Below the pieces are notes generated by a model that ran no database searches, was not told the DNA's origin, and saw nothing but the letters and a program-made list of their open reading frames with translations. Below, one piece after another: positions 1 through 12,759 of a stretch of DNA of 64,000 nt. Within the stretch, counting starts at the first letter, position 1. Each line of letters opens with the position of its first letter. Both the position numbers and the translations under genes were made by a program. The stretch comes from Glaciihabitans sp. (GTDB lineage: Bacteria > Actinomycetota > Actinomycetes > Actinomycetales > Microbacteriaceae). Location of the stretch: assembly GCA_025463465.1 (NCBI GenBank), contig JAODAO010000274.1, positions 4,097 to 68,096 of the forward strand. Reading direction: 5' to 3'.

Positions 1-1
1 C

Positions 2-1090
2 TCCCTTGGCTGGCTTGGCTGGCTCGGCTACGAACTGCGCTTCGAAACCCTCGGGCTCGAACGCACCCGCACGTCCCGGTATCCGGACGCCGCGTTTGTC
101 TACCTCGACCGCGCGATCGAGTTCGACCACACAACATCCACCGTGTCCCTTATTGCGGTCGGCGAGGAGTGGACAGACGACCTGCGGCTCTGGCGCGACT
201 CGGTGATCTCGGACCTCTCCACGACGTCAGCTCCACCGGCTTTGCGGCGTGCGCGGGCAACCGGCGCGGACTACTGGCGCTACAGCGACGAGGAATACCT
301 CGCCATGATCGCGGCCTGCCAGGCCGCGATCGCCGAGGGTGAGGCCTACCAGCTGTGCCTGACGACCGAGTTTCGCATCGAGGGAACACCGGATCCGCTC
401 GGCAGCTACCGCGCCCTTCGCGCCTCCAGCCCGAGCCACCACAGTGCCCTGCTGCGCATCGGATCGATCTCGTTGCTGAGCGCATCACCGGAAATCTTCC
501 TCTCCGTTAGCCCGGACGGCGTCGTCGAGTCCCGGCCCATCAAAGGCACCCGGCCGCGGGGATCCACGGCGGAACAGGACGCGGTGCTGCGCGACGAACT
601 CGAGGGAAGCGACAAGGAGCGAGCCGAGAACCTGATGATCGTCGACCTGATGCGCAACGACATCGCGCGGATCAGCGAAATCGGCACGGTGGCGGTCACC
701 AGCCTGCTCGCGGTGGAAAGTTACGCCCAGGTCCACCAGCTGGTCAGCACGGTGCAAGGGCAGCTGCGCAGCGGACTGCACGCGGTGGATGCTGTCGCCG
801 CCTGTTTTCCAGCCGGATCCATGACGGGTGCTCCCAAACGCAACGCCACGGTGATTCTTGACGGGCTGGAACAGCGTCCGCGCGGGATCTACTCCGGCGC
901 GTTCGGCTATTTTGGCCTCGACGGCCGGGTCGATCTGGCCATGGTGATCCGCAGCATCGTGATGGACCCGCACGGCGCCACCGTCGGCTCGGGCGGCGGA
1001 ATTACGGCCCTCAGCGATCCGGCCGAGGAACTCGCAGAGGTGCAGCTCAAGGCGGCGGCCCTTCTCGCCGTTCTCGGCATTCGTTCCTGA
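2..1090 (+). CDS. Anthranilate/aminodeoxychorismate synthase component I family protein (5' truncated by window edge)
   Basis: Frame open from position 2 (SLGWLGWLGYEL...PDAAF...DRAIEFDH). Chorismate-binding motifs SPEIF, PIKGTRPR, KERAENLMIVDLMRND, FPAGSMTGAPK, RGIYSG. Confidence 0.9.
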   Translation, partial: SLGWLGWLGYELRFETLGLERTRTSRYPDAAFVYLDRAIEFDHTTSTVSLIAVGEEWTDDLRLWRDSVISDLSTTSAPPALRRARATGADYWRYSDEEYLAMIAACQAAIAEGEAYQLCLTTEFRIEGTPDPLGSYRALRASSPSHHSALLRIGSISLLSASPEIFLSVSPDGVVESRPIKGTRPRGSTAEQDAVLRDELEGSDKERAENLMIVDLMRNDIARISEIGTVAVTSLLAVESYAQVHQLVSTVQGQLRSGLHAVDAVAACFPAGSMTGAPKRNATVILDGLEQRPRGIYSGAFGYFGLDGRVDLAMVIRSIVMDPHGATVGSGGGITALSDPAEELAEVQLKAAALLAVLGIRS

Positions 1091-1213
1091 CGCTGGACGG
1101 AGCGATCACGCTGCGACGACGAAGGACGGTCTGTCTTTAGTACGCTGGGGGCGGGCACGTCCGGCGCCAGGCCGTTGATTGCGCTCCCATCCCCGCAATG
1201 AATTGAGAATTCC

Positions 1214-3790
<2,577 letters not shown>

Positions 3791-3802
3791 GGCGCTGTCC
3801 AC

Positions 3803-3839
3803 AGGACGTCCCCACACCGAAACGGTGTGGGGACGTCCT
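3803..3839. terminator. Perfect 17-bp stem hairpin between leuS and comEA
   Basis: AGGACGTCCCCACACCG-AAA-CGGTGTGGGGACGTCCT; no long U tract. Confidence 0.6.
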
Positions 3840-3855
3840 CGTTTAACCTGCTGGC

Positions 3856-4503
3856 GTGGATGCCCCCGTAGAACAGCACACCTCCCGCAGGCTCCGGCTG
3901 GGCATTGGGGCAGGCATCGTCCTCGTTGTATTCGGCGCCGGGATAGCGGTGTTGGTCGCGACGCTTGGCCCGCACGGAGTTTCTGAGACCGTCACGCCAC
4001 CGACCGGCCCGAACATCTCATCCGCCGTGCCTGGGGACACCGGCGCAGCCACGGCCCCCACCTCGGCGCCGGCAGGGGCCGAGGTGTACGTGCACATCCT
4101 CGGGGAGGTCAACACCCCCGGCCTCTACCAACTGCGCGATGGAGACCGGGTCGTCGACGCCGTCGCTGCCGCCGGCGGACTGACGGCCAACGCCGACCAG
4201 GGCCAGTTGAACCTCGCCCGGTTCCTCAGCGACGGTGAACAGATCATCGTGCCGGCGATCGGGCAGGAACCGGCTGCCGCGCCGGGTGGCACGGCGCCCG
4301 GGGCTGTGGGAGGTGCGGTCAATATCAACACGGCCGACGCGGCAACGCTGGAACAACTGGCGGGTGTTGGGCCCGCCCTCGCAGCGCGCATCGTCGCGTG
4401 GCGAGACGCCAACGGTCGTTTCTCGGCGGTGGAGGACCTGCTGAACGTCACAGGGATCGGCGAGAAGACCCTCGACGGGTTCCGCGACAGCGTTGTACCG
4501 TGA
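3856..4503 (+). CDS. comEA: ComEA family DNA-binding protein (TM, SLBB, HhH)
   Basis: VHILGEVNTPGLY...RVVDAVAAAGG (SLBB); VNINTAD...LAGVGPALA...VTGIGEK (HhH). TAACCT lies 6 nt before the GTG. Confidence 0.93.
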   Translation: MDAPVEQHTSRRLRLGIGAGIVLVVFGAGIAVLVATLGPHGVSETVTPPTGPNISSAVPGDTGAATAPTSAPAGAEVYVHILGEVNTPGLYQLRDGDRVVDAVAAAGGLTANADQGQLNLARFLSDGEQIIVPAIGQEPAAAPGGTAPGAVGGAVNINTADAATLEQLAGVGPALAARIVAWRDANGRFSAVEDLLNVTGIGEKTLDGFRDSVVP

Positions 4504-6797
4504 ACGACCTGCGGGTGGTCATCCCTGCCCTTGCCGCGTGGATGGCCGCCGTCGTTCTCATCGCTGTCCCGGCGGCAACCGCCACGGTGGTGATTGTCGC
4601 GTGGGCTGCCAGCGTTGTGGTGCTGGCCGTCGCCGTGTTGCGCCGTGCGCGGTGGATGGCCCTGGTCGCGGTCAGCCTGGCAGCGCTCGCCCTGGTCGCG
4701 ACCTCGGTGCAGGTGCACGGGAGTGAACGTCACCCGCGGTCGCTGGTAGCCGCGGCGGACTCGGGAGACATTGTCCACCTGACCGTGGTCACCACCGGTA
4801 CCGTGGACGACGGTCGATTCGCCGCGACCGTCCAGGGCATCCCGGAGGCCGCTGTGCCCGTCCTGGTGTTCGACGGGGCACCCGAACGGCCGGTTGGTAT
4901 CGGCGCCACCCTGGCCATCACGGGAACCCTGACCGCGACGCCGCCCCAGGACGGCACGTCCTATCTCGTTTTCGCAATCGGTGACACGGACATTCTTGCC
5001 GAGGCCACCGGCGTGCTTGCGGCGGCTACCACGCTGCGCGGCGCATTTCTGAAGGTCGCCACCCAGCTCCCCGGCGACGGCGGTGCGCTGCTGCCGGGTC
5101 TCGCGATTGGCGACACCAGCGCCGTTGATGACGGTTTGGACGCGGCGATGAAGGGGAGCTCACTCAGCCATCTGACGGCGGTATCCGGCGCCAACTGCGC
5201 CATCATTATCGGCCTCATCCTGCTTGCCGGGGGAGCGCTCGGCCTGGGGCGCGCATCCCGTGTGATAGCCGCCCTGCTGGTACTCGTTGGCTTCGTTATT
5301 CTGGTGACGCCGGAGCCGAGTGTGCTCAGGGCCGCGGTGATGGCGACCCTGGTCCTCGCCGCGTTTTCAGCGGGACGCCCCGTTCGCGGCCTGCCGGTGC
5401 TTGGCCTGGCGATCCTCGTTTTGCTGGTCATCGATCCCTGGCTCGCCCGCAACTACGGTTTTGTGCTGTCGGTGCTTGCAACGAGCGGATTGCTTGTCCT
5501 CGCGGGGCCACTCGCCCGACAACTGGCGCGAGTGATGCCCCTGTGGCTGGGAGCGGTAATCGCCGTTCCCGTAGCGGCACAGCTGGCCTGCCAGCCCGTC
5601 CTTCTGATGCTCGACCCCTCCATCCCGGTATTCGGCATCCTCGCGAACGTGTTGGCCGCCCCTGCCGCACCACTGGCCACGGTGGTCGGGCTGGCCTCAT
5701 GCCTGCTGCTGCCCTGGGTGCCGTGGGCTGGCGAACTCCTCTCCATGCTGGCGTGGTTGCCGGCCGCCTGGATCGGTGCCATCGCCCGCGCGTTCGCCGG
5801 CCTCCCGTTCGCCCGCCTGCCCTGGCCGGCTGGGCCACCGGGGGTAGTCGCGTTGGCGGCAATCACGGTGCTGCTGCTTCTGGTAGCGCTTGTGCCCATG
5901 GCGGCAGCGTGGCGGCTGCGTATGATCGCCGCGGTCGCCGTTCTCCTCACTGGCGTTGCCGCCGTTGGTATCGGAGGCAGACTGGCATCCGAGCTCGGCA
6001 GGCCGGCGGGCTGGGAGATCGCGGCGTGCGACATCGGCCAGGGTGACGCCATGGTGGTGCGCAGCGGTGGTGCCATCGCCCTGATGGACACCGGCCCCGA
6101 CCCCGTGCCGCTCGCCGCCTGTCTTAACACCCTCGGTATCTCCCGCATCGACCTGCTGGTCCTCAGCCATTTTGACCTCGACCATGTTGGCGGCAGCGAT
6201 GCCGTGCTCGGACGCGTTGATCGCGTCCTTGTTGGGCCAAGCGCCGAGGCCGCCGATGACGAACTGGTGCGTCGCTTCCGGGAGGGCGGGGCGGTCGTCG
6301 ACCAGGTGAGCCGGGGCCCCACCGGTACGCTCGGCCAGCTGCGCTGGGAGGTGCTGTGGCCGCCAGCGCGACTGGGGGAGATCGAACCGGGCAATGATGC
6401 CAGCGTGACCGTGCGGTTCGACCCGGTGGGCGTGTGCCCGGGACCCAGCTGCCTGAGTTCCATCTTTGTCGGCGACCTCGGCCAAAGTTCGCAGGACACG
6501 CTGATGTCGCTGAACGGCGGCCTTAAACCTGTCGATGTCGTGGAGGTGGGACATCACGGTTCCGCCGACCAGAGCCCACGATTCTACGAGGCGGCTTCGG
6601 CCCGGGTGGGATTGATCGGGGTTGGTGTTGACAACGGCTATGGGCATCCCACCCCGTCGCTCCTCGAAATGCTCGACATGGTCGGTACCGTTGCCGCCCG
6701 CACCGACCAGGACGGACTGATCCTGGTCGCCCCGGGTGACAGCCCTGGTGCGCTCACTCTGTGGCGTGAGCATCCGGGTGTCGTTGCCGACGATTAA
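4500..6797 (+). CDS. comEC: ComEC/Rec2 competence protein with MBL domain
   Basis: LSHLTAVSGANC, PSVLRA, CDIGQGDA, SHFDLDHVGG, HHGS, NGYGHP. GTG overlaps the comEA stop (GTGA). Confidence 0.93.
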   Translation: MNDLRVVIPALAAWMAAVVLIAVPAATATVVIVAWAASVVVLAVAVLRRARWMALVAVSLAALALVATSVQVHGSERHPRSLVAAADSGDIVHLTVVTTGTVDDGRFAATVQGIPEAAVPVLVFDGAPERPVGIGATLAITGTLTATPPQDGTSYLVFAIGDTDILAEATGVLAAATTLRGAFLKVATQLPGDGGALLPGLAIGDTSAVDDGLDAAMKGSSLSHLTAVSGANCAIIIGLILLAGGALGLGRASRVIAALLVLVGFVILVTPEPSVLRAAVMATLVLAAFSAGRPVRGLPVLGLAILVLLVIDPWLARNYGFVLSVLATSGLLVLAGPLARQLARVMPLWLGAVIAVPVAAQLACQPVLLMLDPSIPVFGILANVLAAPAAPLATVVGLASCLLLPWVPWAGELLSMLAWLPAAWIGAIARAFAGLPFARLPWPAGPPGVVALAAITVLLLLVALVPMAAAWRLRMIAAVAVLLTGVAAVGIGGRLASELGRPAGWEIAACDIGQGDAMVVRSGGAIALMDTGPDPVPLAACLNTLGISRIDLLVLSHFDLDHVGGSDAVLGRVDRVLVGPSAEAADDELVRRFREGGAVVDQVSRGPTGTLGQLRWEVLWPPARLGEIEPGNDASVTVRFDPVGVCPGPSCLSSIFVGDLGQSSQDTLMSLNGGLKPVDVVEVGHHGSADQSPRFYEAASARVGLIGVGVDNGYGHPTPSLLEMLDMVGTVAARTDQDGLILVAPGDSPGALTLWREHPGVVADD

Positions 6798-6821
6798 GCT
6801 AGGTCTTGGAAAGGGGTCACC

Positions 6822-7841
6822 GTGCCTGCGAAACCTGCGGCAAAGAAGTCCGCCCCCGCGATTGCCCAGTTGTCCTGGAAGGCGATCCGCCCAGCCCATG
6901 TGGTGCTGGTGTCCGGTCCCGAGCAATTCCTTGCCGACCGTGCACTGCGGAAGCTGCGTGACACGCTTCGTGCCGAGGACCCCAGCCTTGAAGTGAGCGA
7001 CATCGAAGCGGACGGCTATTCTCCCGGTCAGCTGATAACGCTGGCTAGCCCGTCGCTTTTCGCGGAACCGCGCTTGATCCGGGTGTCGAACGTCGAGAAG
7101 TGCACAGATGCATTTATCACGGAGACGCTTGCCTACCTGGAACACCCGGCTGACGACACCTACCTTGTGTTGCGCCACGCCAGTGGGGTGCGCGGAAAGA
7201 AACTTCTCGACGCGATCCGGGGCGGGCTCGGGGACGGCATCGAAGTCGTCTGTGCCGAATTGAAAAAAGACAGCGACAAGATGAGTTTCGCCTCGGCGGA
7301 GTTCGCCGACCGCAAGCGCCGGATCACTCCGAGCGCACTGCGGGCCCTCGTGTCTGCGTTTTCTGATGATCTTGCTGAGCTTGCCTCCGCCTGCCAGCAG
7401 CTCCTCGCCGATGCGAGCGAGGAAATCACGGAGATCACCGTTGAGAAGTACTATTCGGGACGCGTTGAGACGAACTCGTTCAAGGTTGCGGATGCCGCTA
7501 TAGCCGGCCGACACGGCGAGGCATTGATCCTGCTTCGGCATGCACTGGCCTCCGGCGCGGATCCGGTGCCGATGGTCGCAGCGTTCGCCGCCAAACTGCG
7601 CACCATGGCAAAGGTTTCCGGAGCCCGGGGCGGATCCGGCCAGCTCGCCCAGCAGTTCGGGATGGCGCCGTGGCAGGTGGACCGTGCCCGCGAAGACCTC
7701 ATCGGGTGGGACGAAGCTGGCCTCGGCCGGTCGATCGAGCTTCTCGCCGAGACGGACGCGCAGGTGAAGGGCGGCGGCCGGGACCCGGTGTTCGCCCTCG
7801 AACGCATGATCGGTATGGTCAGTAACCGCGGAGAGCGCTAA
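6822..7841 (+). CDS. holA: DNA polymerase III delta subunit
   Basis: ASPSLFAE motif, GMAPWQVDRA, DAQVKGGGRDP; conserved comEC-holA-rpsT synteny. Confidence 0.93.
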   Translation: MPAKPAAKKSAPAIAQLSWKAIRPAHVVLVSGPEQFLADRALRKLRDTLRAEDPSLEVSDIEADGYSPGQLITLASPSLFAEPRLIRVSNVEKCTDAFITETLAYLEHPADDTYLVLRHASGVRGKKLLDAIRGGLGDGIEVVCAELKKDSDKMSFASAEFADRKRRITPSALRALVSAFSDDLAELASACQQLLADASEEITEITVEKYYSGRVETNSFKVADAAIAGRHGEALILLRHALASGADPVPMVAAFAAKLRTMAKVSGARGGSGQLAQQFGMAPWQVDRAREDLIGWDEAGLGRSIELLAETDAQVKGGGRDPVFALERMIGMVSNRGER

Positions 7842-7946
7842 GCGGCTCGGTGCGGGGTCGATGCTGTCTTTTTTGTGGCAGCGACCCGGACGGTCGCTGG
7901 TTTCCCGCCACGGCACCGCGCATCGCCCGCGCGGCCCCTTTTTTGC

Positions 7947-7983
7947 ACAACAAAGCGCCCACCCCGCGAACGGGATGGGCGCT
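7947..7983 (-). terminator. Intrinsic terminator downstream of rpsT
   Basis: Minus strand AGCGCCCATCCCG-TTCG-CGGGGTGGGCGCT followed by TTGTTGT. Confidence 0.7.
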
Positions 7984-8051
7984 GAGAAAGTTGCGTGTTA
8001 CAGACTCGGTAATAAAACTATCCCGGGTGCCGAACAGCCAGCCTTGGCTGG

Positions 8052-8312
8052 TTAGAGAGCGGCAACCGCGCGAGCGATAGCTGACTTGCGGTTCGCTGCC
8101 TGGTTCTTGTGGATAACGCCCTTGCTTGCAGCCTTGTCCAGCTTCTTGGCGGCAACCAGCAGCGCGTTGACGGCCAGTTCCTTGTCGCCGACGGTGACAG
8201 CAGCGCGGGTAGCGCGGATAGCCGTCTTCAGCTCGCTCTTGACCGCCTTGTTGCGGTCCTGAGCCTTCTTGTTGGTGCCAATTCGCTTGATCTGCGACTT
8301 GATGTTTGCCAC
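8052..8312 (-). CDS. rpsT: 30S ribosomal protein S20
   Basis: [10 protein letters not shown]...[20 protein letters not shown]; GTG start at 8312. Confidence 0.98.
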   Translation of the reverse strand: MANIKSQIKRIGTNKKAQDRNKAVKSELKTAIRATRAAVTVGDKELAVNALLVAAKKLDKAASKGVIHKNQAANRKSAIARAVAAL

Positions 8313-8575
8313 GTGAATTACCTTTTCGTTTGCGTAGATGGAGGGAGGCAGCCGAGGATAAGAATCAGATACCAATTCTCGGCCGCGATCGCGTTTCGCC
8401 CTCTCGGGACCTAGCGCGCAAGCCAACAGGAAACATTACCAGTTGGGAGCCCATTCCGGCAATCGCCAGATTAAATCGTGCTGCGCTACGTAGATACTAT
8501 TCTGCACGACCGACGTTGAGGGTGCCTCACCACGCCGGAATTATCCGAATTGGCGGAAGCAAGTACCGTAGTGCC

Positions 8576-9727
8576 ATGCCGAATCTTGCCGCGCACATTC
8601 CTCTGGTTCCCGGGTCCGGAATCCGCCGAATCTTCAATCTTGCCCTCAAATTGGACGGCATCACCTCCCTCGCGATTGGTGAGCCGGATGTTCCCGTAGC
8701 CCCGCACATTGCCGCTGCCGCGAAGCTGGCCTGGGACAACGATGAGACCAATTACACCGACAACGGCGGAATTCCGGCCCTTCGGCAGGCGATAGTGGAG
8801 AAGCTGGCTCGGGAGAACTCGATGAGGGTCGACGTGGAACAGGTGTGGGTCACCGTGGGCGCCACCCAGGGGCTGCACCAGGCCATGCACCTTCTGCTCG
8901 CCGCCGGCGACGAGGTCCTGGTGCCCGATCCCGGGTACACCACGTTCACCATGACCGCGCGGATGCTCGACGCCATTCCCGTTCCCTACCGGCTCAAACC
9001 GGAACACGGGTTCCTGCCCGACATCGATGAACTCGAACTGATTGTGACCGACCGCACCAGGGTGCTGATTGTCAACTCACCATCGAATCCCCTCGGCTCG
9101 GTCATCCCCGCGCCCGTGCTGCAGGAATTGCTCGACTTCGCCAAACGGCACGACCTGTGGGTGATCAGCGACGAGGTCTACGAATACTTCACCTGGGCCG
9201 AACCCCACGTCAGCATGGCAAGCCTCGATAAAGACGACCGTGTGTTCACCGCCTTTTCCCTCTCTAAGACGTACGCGATGACCGGAATCCGAGTCGGTTA
9301 CCTGGTAACGCCCAAAGGGCTGTCCGACACCATGCGCACCGTCCAGGAAGCAGCAATCAGTTGTGTGGACACCCCCGCCCAGTACGCGGCCATCGCCGCG
9401 CTCACCGGTGACCACAGCCACGTGGTCGAAGCGCGTGAGCACTACCGCGAGAACATGATGATCGCGACACAACTGCTGGATGCGCGGGGGATCCGCTACC
9501 TCAACCCCAACGGCGCCTTCTACCTGTGGATCGACATGTCCCACGCCAGCGGCGGGGACGTCGCGACCTGGGCCGAGACGTTCCTGCTCTACAGCAAGGT
9601 TGCCGTCGCCCCCGGCAGCGCCTTCGGGCGTTCCGGCGAGGGCTGGATCCGAGTGTCGCTCGCCGCCACGCCCCACGACATCCGCACAGGCCTCGAGCGG
9701 CTGCCCGTGCCGGCGGTCACCGCCTAA
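8576..9727 (+). CDS. PLP-dependent aminotransferase class I/II
   Basis: LAIGEPD, NSPSNPLG, ISDEVYE, SLSKTYAMTGIRVG, VAPGSAFG. TACCGT lies 6 nt before the ATG. Confidence 0.92.
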   Translation: MPNLAAHIPLVPGSGIRRIFNLALKLDGITSLAIGEPDVPVAPHIAAAAKLAWDNDETNYTDNGGIPALRQAIVEKLARENSMRVDVEQVWVTVGATQGLHQAMHLLLAAGDEVLVPDPGYTTFTMTARMLDAIPVPYRLKPEHGFLPDIDELELIVTDRTRVLIVNSPSNPLGSVIPAPVLQELLDFAKRHDLWVISDEVYEYFTWAEPHVSMASLDKDDRVFTAFSLSKTYAMTGIRVGYLVTPKGLSDTMRTVQEAAISCVDTPAQYAAIAALTGDHSHVVEAREHYRENMMIATQLLDARGIRYLNPNGAFYLWIDMSHASGGDVATWAETFLLYSKVAVAPGSAFGRSGEGWIRVSLAATPHDIRTGLERLPVPAVTA

Positions 9728-9825
9728 TAGATCCACCCGCGACGCCGGAGCGCGTTGGATCACTCATGTGCCGGTTCGGGGGATACCCGATAGTGGCCGG
9801 CGCCGGTGCCTCGTACGCTGGATGT

Positions 9826-10140
9826 ATGACATCTCCCGAAACGCAGTCGGCCCAGGTCGCCAGCAAGAACCCTTACGCCACACAGATCGACCCAGACGCA
9901 CGCATCCTCGGCTTGCTCAGCCTGATCGGCGGCATCGCCTCCATCGTGTTCGGGCAGACGATCATCCTGCCTGTTGCCGCCATCATCCTCGGCTTTATGG
10001 CCCGTCGCCGTGAGGTCGCCAGCCGCACCTTCGCCACCTGGGGAATTGCGCTCGGATTCCTGGCCCTGTTCGGCTGGGTGATTGTCATCATCCTCGGGGT
10101 TATTTTCGCCACACCCTTCTTCCTGTTCAGCATCTTCTAG
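9826..10140 (+). CDS. Small membrane protein (DUF4190-like)
   Basis: Hydrophobic helices, NPY N-terminus, [12 protein letters not shown]...[14 protein letters not shown] lies 6 nt before the ATG. Confidence 0.7.
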   Translation: MTSPETQSAQVASKNPYATQIDPDARILGLLSLIGGIASIVFGQTIILPVAAIILGFMARRREVASRTFATWGIALGFLALFGWVIVIILGVIFATPFFLFSIF

Positions 10141-10219
10141 GCAGCAAGCAGGGCGGGTTCGTCCGCCTCTTCGGCGAGGATGTGCGCCCAAGGTCCCGCG
10201 TCATGGGAGAATTGCACAA

Positions 10220-12073
10220 ATGTCTCCCCGCGCACTCCAGGCCCTCGAGCCTGCCTCGACAGACCCCGCGTTCATCCGCAACTTTTGCATCATCGCTCAT
10301 ATCGATCACGGCAAGTCGACGTTGGCCGACCGCATGCTGCAGATCACGGGGGTGGTCAGCGACCGCGATATGCGTGCGCAGTACCTCGACCGGATGGATA
10401 TCGAGCGTGAGCGCGGTATCACCATCAAGAGCCAGGCCGTGCGAATGCCCTGGGAGATGGACGGCCAGACCTACGCGCTGAACATGATCGACACCCCCGG
10501 CCACGTGGACTTCACCTACGAGGTATCGCGTTCGCTCGCGGCCTGCGAAGGTGCCATCCTGCTGGTCGATGCAGCCCAGGGCATCGAGGCCCAGACTCTC
10601 GCGAACCTCTACCTCGCCCTCGAGAACGACCTGACGATCATCCCCGTACTCAACAAGATCGACCTGCCAGCGGCAGACCCTGAGAAGTACATCAAGGAGA
10701 TCGTTGGCCTTATTGGCTGCAAGCCGGAGGACATCCTCCTGGTCTCCGGCAAAACCGGTGTTGGTGTGCCGGAGCTGCTCGACCGTGCGACCCAGCTGAT
10801 CCCCGCCCCGGTGGGAGACCCCAATGCCGCGGCTCGTGCCATGATCTTCGACTCCGTCTACGACTCCTACCGGGGTGTGATCACCTACGTCAGGATGATC
10901 GACGGCAGCCTGAAGCCGCGCGAGAAAATCATGATGATGAGCACCAAGAGTGCCCACGAAGTCCTCGAGATCGGCGTCAGCGCCCCCGAGCCGACACCTA
11001 CCAAGGGCCTGGGGGTTGGTGAGGTCGGTTACCTCATCACCGGTGTGAAGGACGTGCGCCTCAGCAAGGTCGGCGACACCGTCACCACCCATGCCAAGCC
11101 CGCCACCGTCGCCCTCAAGGGTTACTCCGAACCGATGCCCATGGTGTTCTCCGGCGTTTACCCCATCGACGGCTCTGATTACCCGGTGCTGCGCGAAGCA
11201 CTCGACAAGCTCAAGCTCAGCGACGCCGCCCTCGTGTACGAGCCCGAAACGTCCGTCGCGCTCGGCTTCGGCTTCCGCTGCGGATTCCTTGGCCTGCTGC
11301 ACCTCGAGATTGTCACCGAGCGCCTCGAGCGCGAATTTGGTCTCGACCTCATCGCCACGGCACCTTCCGTGATCTATGAGGTCACCACGGACGATAAAAA
11401 GACCACGACCGTGACCAACCCGAGTGAATTCCCGGGCGGCAAGATCGCCAGCGTCAGCGAACCGATCGTCAAGGCCAACATCCTCACCCCAAAAGACTTC
11501 GTGGGCACCGTGATGGAACTCTGCCAGGGCCGCCGCGGCACCATGCTCGGGATGGAGTACGTCGGCGAGGACCGCGTCGAGCTGCATTACACGATGCCTC
11601 TTGGCGAGATCGTGTTCGATTTCTTCGACCAGCTCAAGGGCCGCACGGCCGGCTACGCGTCGCTCGACTACGAGCCGACCGGTGACCAGGTCGCCGACCT
11701 CGTGAAGGTCGACATCCTGCTCCAGGGCGAAGCGGTTGACGCGTTCAGCGCCATCGTGCACCGGGACAAGGCATACGCCTACGGTGTGCTGATGACCGAG
11801 CGCCTGAAAAAACTCATTCCCCGGCAGCAGTTCGAAGTGCCCATCCAGGCAGCCATCGGTGCGCGCATCATCGCCCGTGAGTCCATCAGCGCCATGCGCA
11901 AGGACGTACTCGCCAAGTGCTACGGCGGTGACATCACCCGCAAGCGCAAGCTCCTCGAGAAGCAGAAAGAGGGCAAAAAGCGAATGAAGATGGTTGGCCG
12001 GGTCGAGGTACCCCAGGAAGCCTTTATCGCCGCGCTCTCCGGGGAGACAGAGACCAAAAAAGAGAAGAAGTAG
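10220..12073 (+). CDS. lepA: Elongation factor 4 (LepA)
   Basis: [57 protein letters not shown]. Confidence 0.98.
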   Translation: MSPRALQALEPASTDPAFIRNFCIIAHIDHGKSTLADRMLQITGVVSDRDMRAQYLDRMDIERERGITIKSQAVRMPWEMDGQTYALNMIDTPGHVDFTYEVSRSLAACEGAILLVDAAQGIEAQTLANLYLALENDLTIIPVLNKIDLPAADPEKYIKEIVGLIGCKPEDILLVSGKTGVGVPELLDRATQLIPAPVGDPNAAARAMIFDSVYDSYRGVITYVRMIDGSLKPREKIMMMSTKSAHEVLEIGVSAPEPTPTKGLGVGEVGYLITGVKDVRLSKVGDTVTTHAKPATVALKGYSEPMPMVFSGVYPIDGSDYPVLREALDKLKLSDAALVYEPETSVALGFGFRCGFLGLLHLEIVTERLEREFGLDLIATAPSVIYEVTTDDKKTTTVTNPSEFPGGKIASVSEPIVKANILTPKDFVGTVMELCQGRRGTMLGMEYVGEDRVELHYTMPLGEIVFDFFDQLKGRTAGYASLDYEPTGDQVADLVKVDILLQGEAVDAFSAIVHRDKAYAYGVLMTERLKKLIPRQQFEVPIQAAIGARIIARESISAMRKDVLAKCYGGDITRKRKLLEKQKEGKKRMKMVGRVEVPQEAFIAALSGETETKKEKK

Positions 12074-12732
12074 TGTCGCGCCTCGAGCCGTGGCAGCGTC
12101 CGGTCAGCTACGGAGCCGTTGGTGCGACGCAGGCCGTGGACCTGTTGGCCCATCCGCCCGCCGGTTTCCGGCCCATCGAGCGTCGTGTTCGCCTCGGCTT
12201 CGGTGACCACCGCTGGAAATATGCCTGGACGTCCACGCTCAGCTGGGGCATCCAGCGCGGCAGCGGCATGAAGGTGGAGCGAAGCGAATCGCCCGCCGCG
12301 GTAACCGATGTCACCTACAGTCCCGTAGGTTTCGACGAATTCGGTGTCGCCGTCGAACCCGCCAGCATCGACGATCCGCTGGCAGGTGAAACCGGTCCGG
12401 ACGGCAGTGCCCTGATGAAACCAGGGGACACCGCGAACCTGCTGATCCCGTTCGGCCCCTTCACCGTCGGGTCCCCGGTTCGTGTTGTGTATGTGATCAA
12501 CGAGCCGAACCGTAAGGGATTCGCGTACGGCACGCTGGAGGGCCACCCGGAAAGCGGCGAGGAATGCTGGATCGTCGAGCGCACCGAGGACGGCTCCGTC
12601 TGGCTGACGATCCGGGCGTTCTCGCGGCCCGCTCGCTGGTTCTGGTGGTTGGCGTCCCCCGGGCTGCGGGTGATGCAGTGGCGGTTTACCCGCCGCTACG
12701 AGCGCGTTTTGGCCGGTCCGATCACCGAGTAG
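12073..12732 (+). CDS. DUF1990 family protein
   Basis: VSYGAVGAT, GFAYGTLEGHPESGEE, IRAFSRPA. Confidence 0.85.
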   Translation: MSRLEPWQRPVSYGAVGATQAVDLLAHPPAGFRPIERRVRLGFGDHRWKYAWTSTLSWGIQRGSGMKVERSESPAAVTDVTYSPVGFDEFGVAVEPASIDDPLAGETGPDGSALMKPGDTANLLIPFGPFTVGSPVRVVYVINEPNRKGFAYGTLEGHPESGEECWIVERTEDGSVWLTIRAFSRPARWFWWLASPGLRVMQWRFTRRYERVLAGPITE

Positions 12733-12759
12733 TCCGCGGTCTGGGACAATGGGATAACC

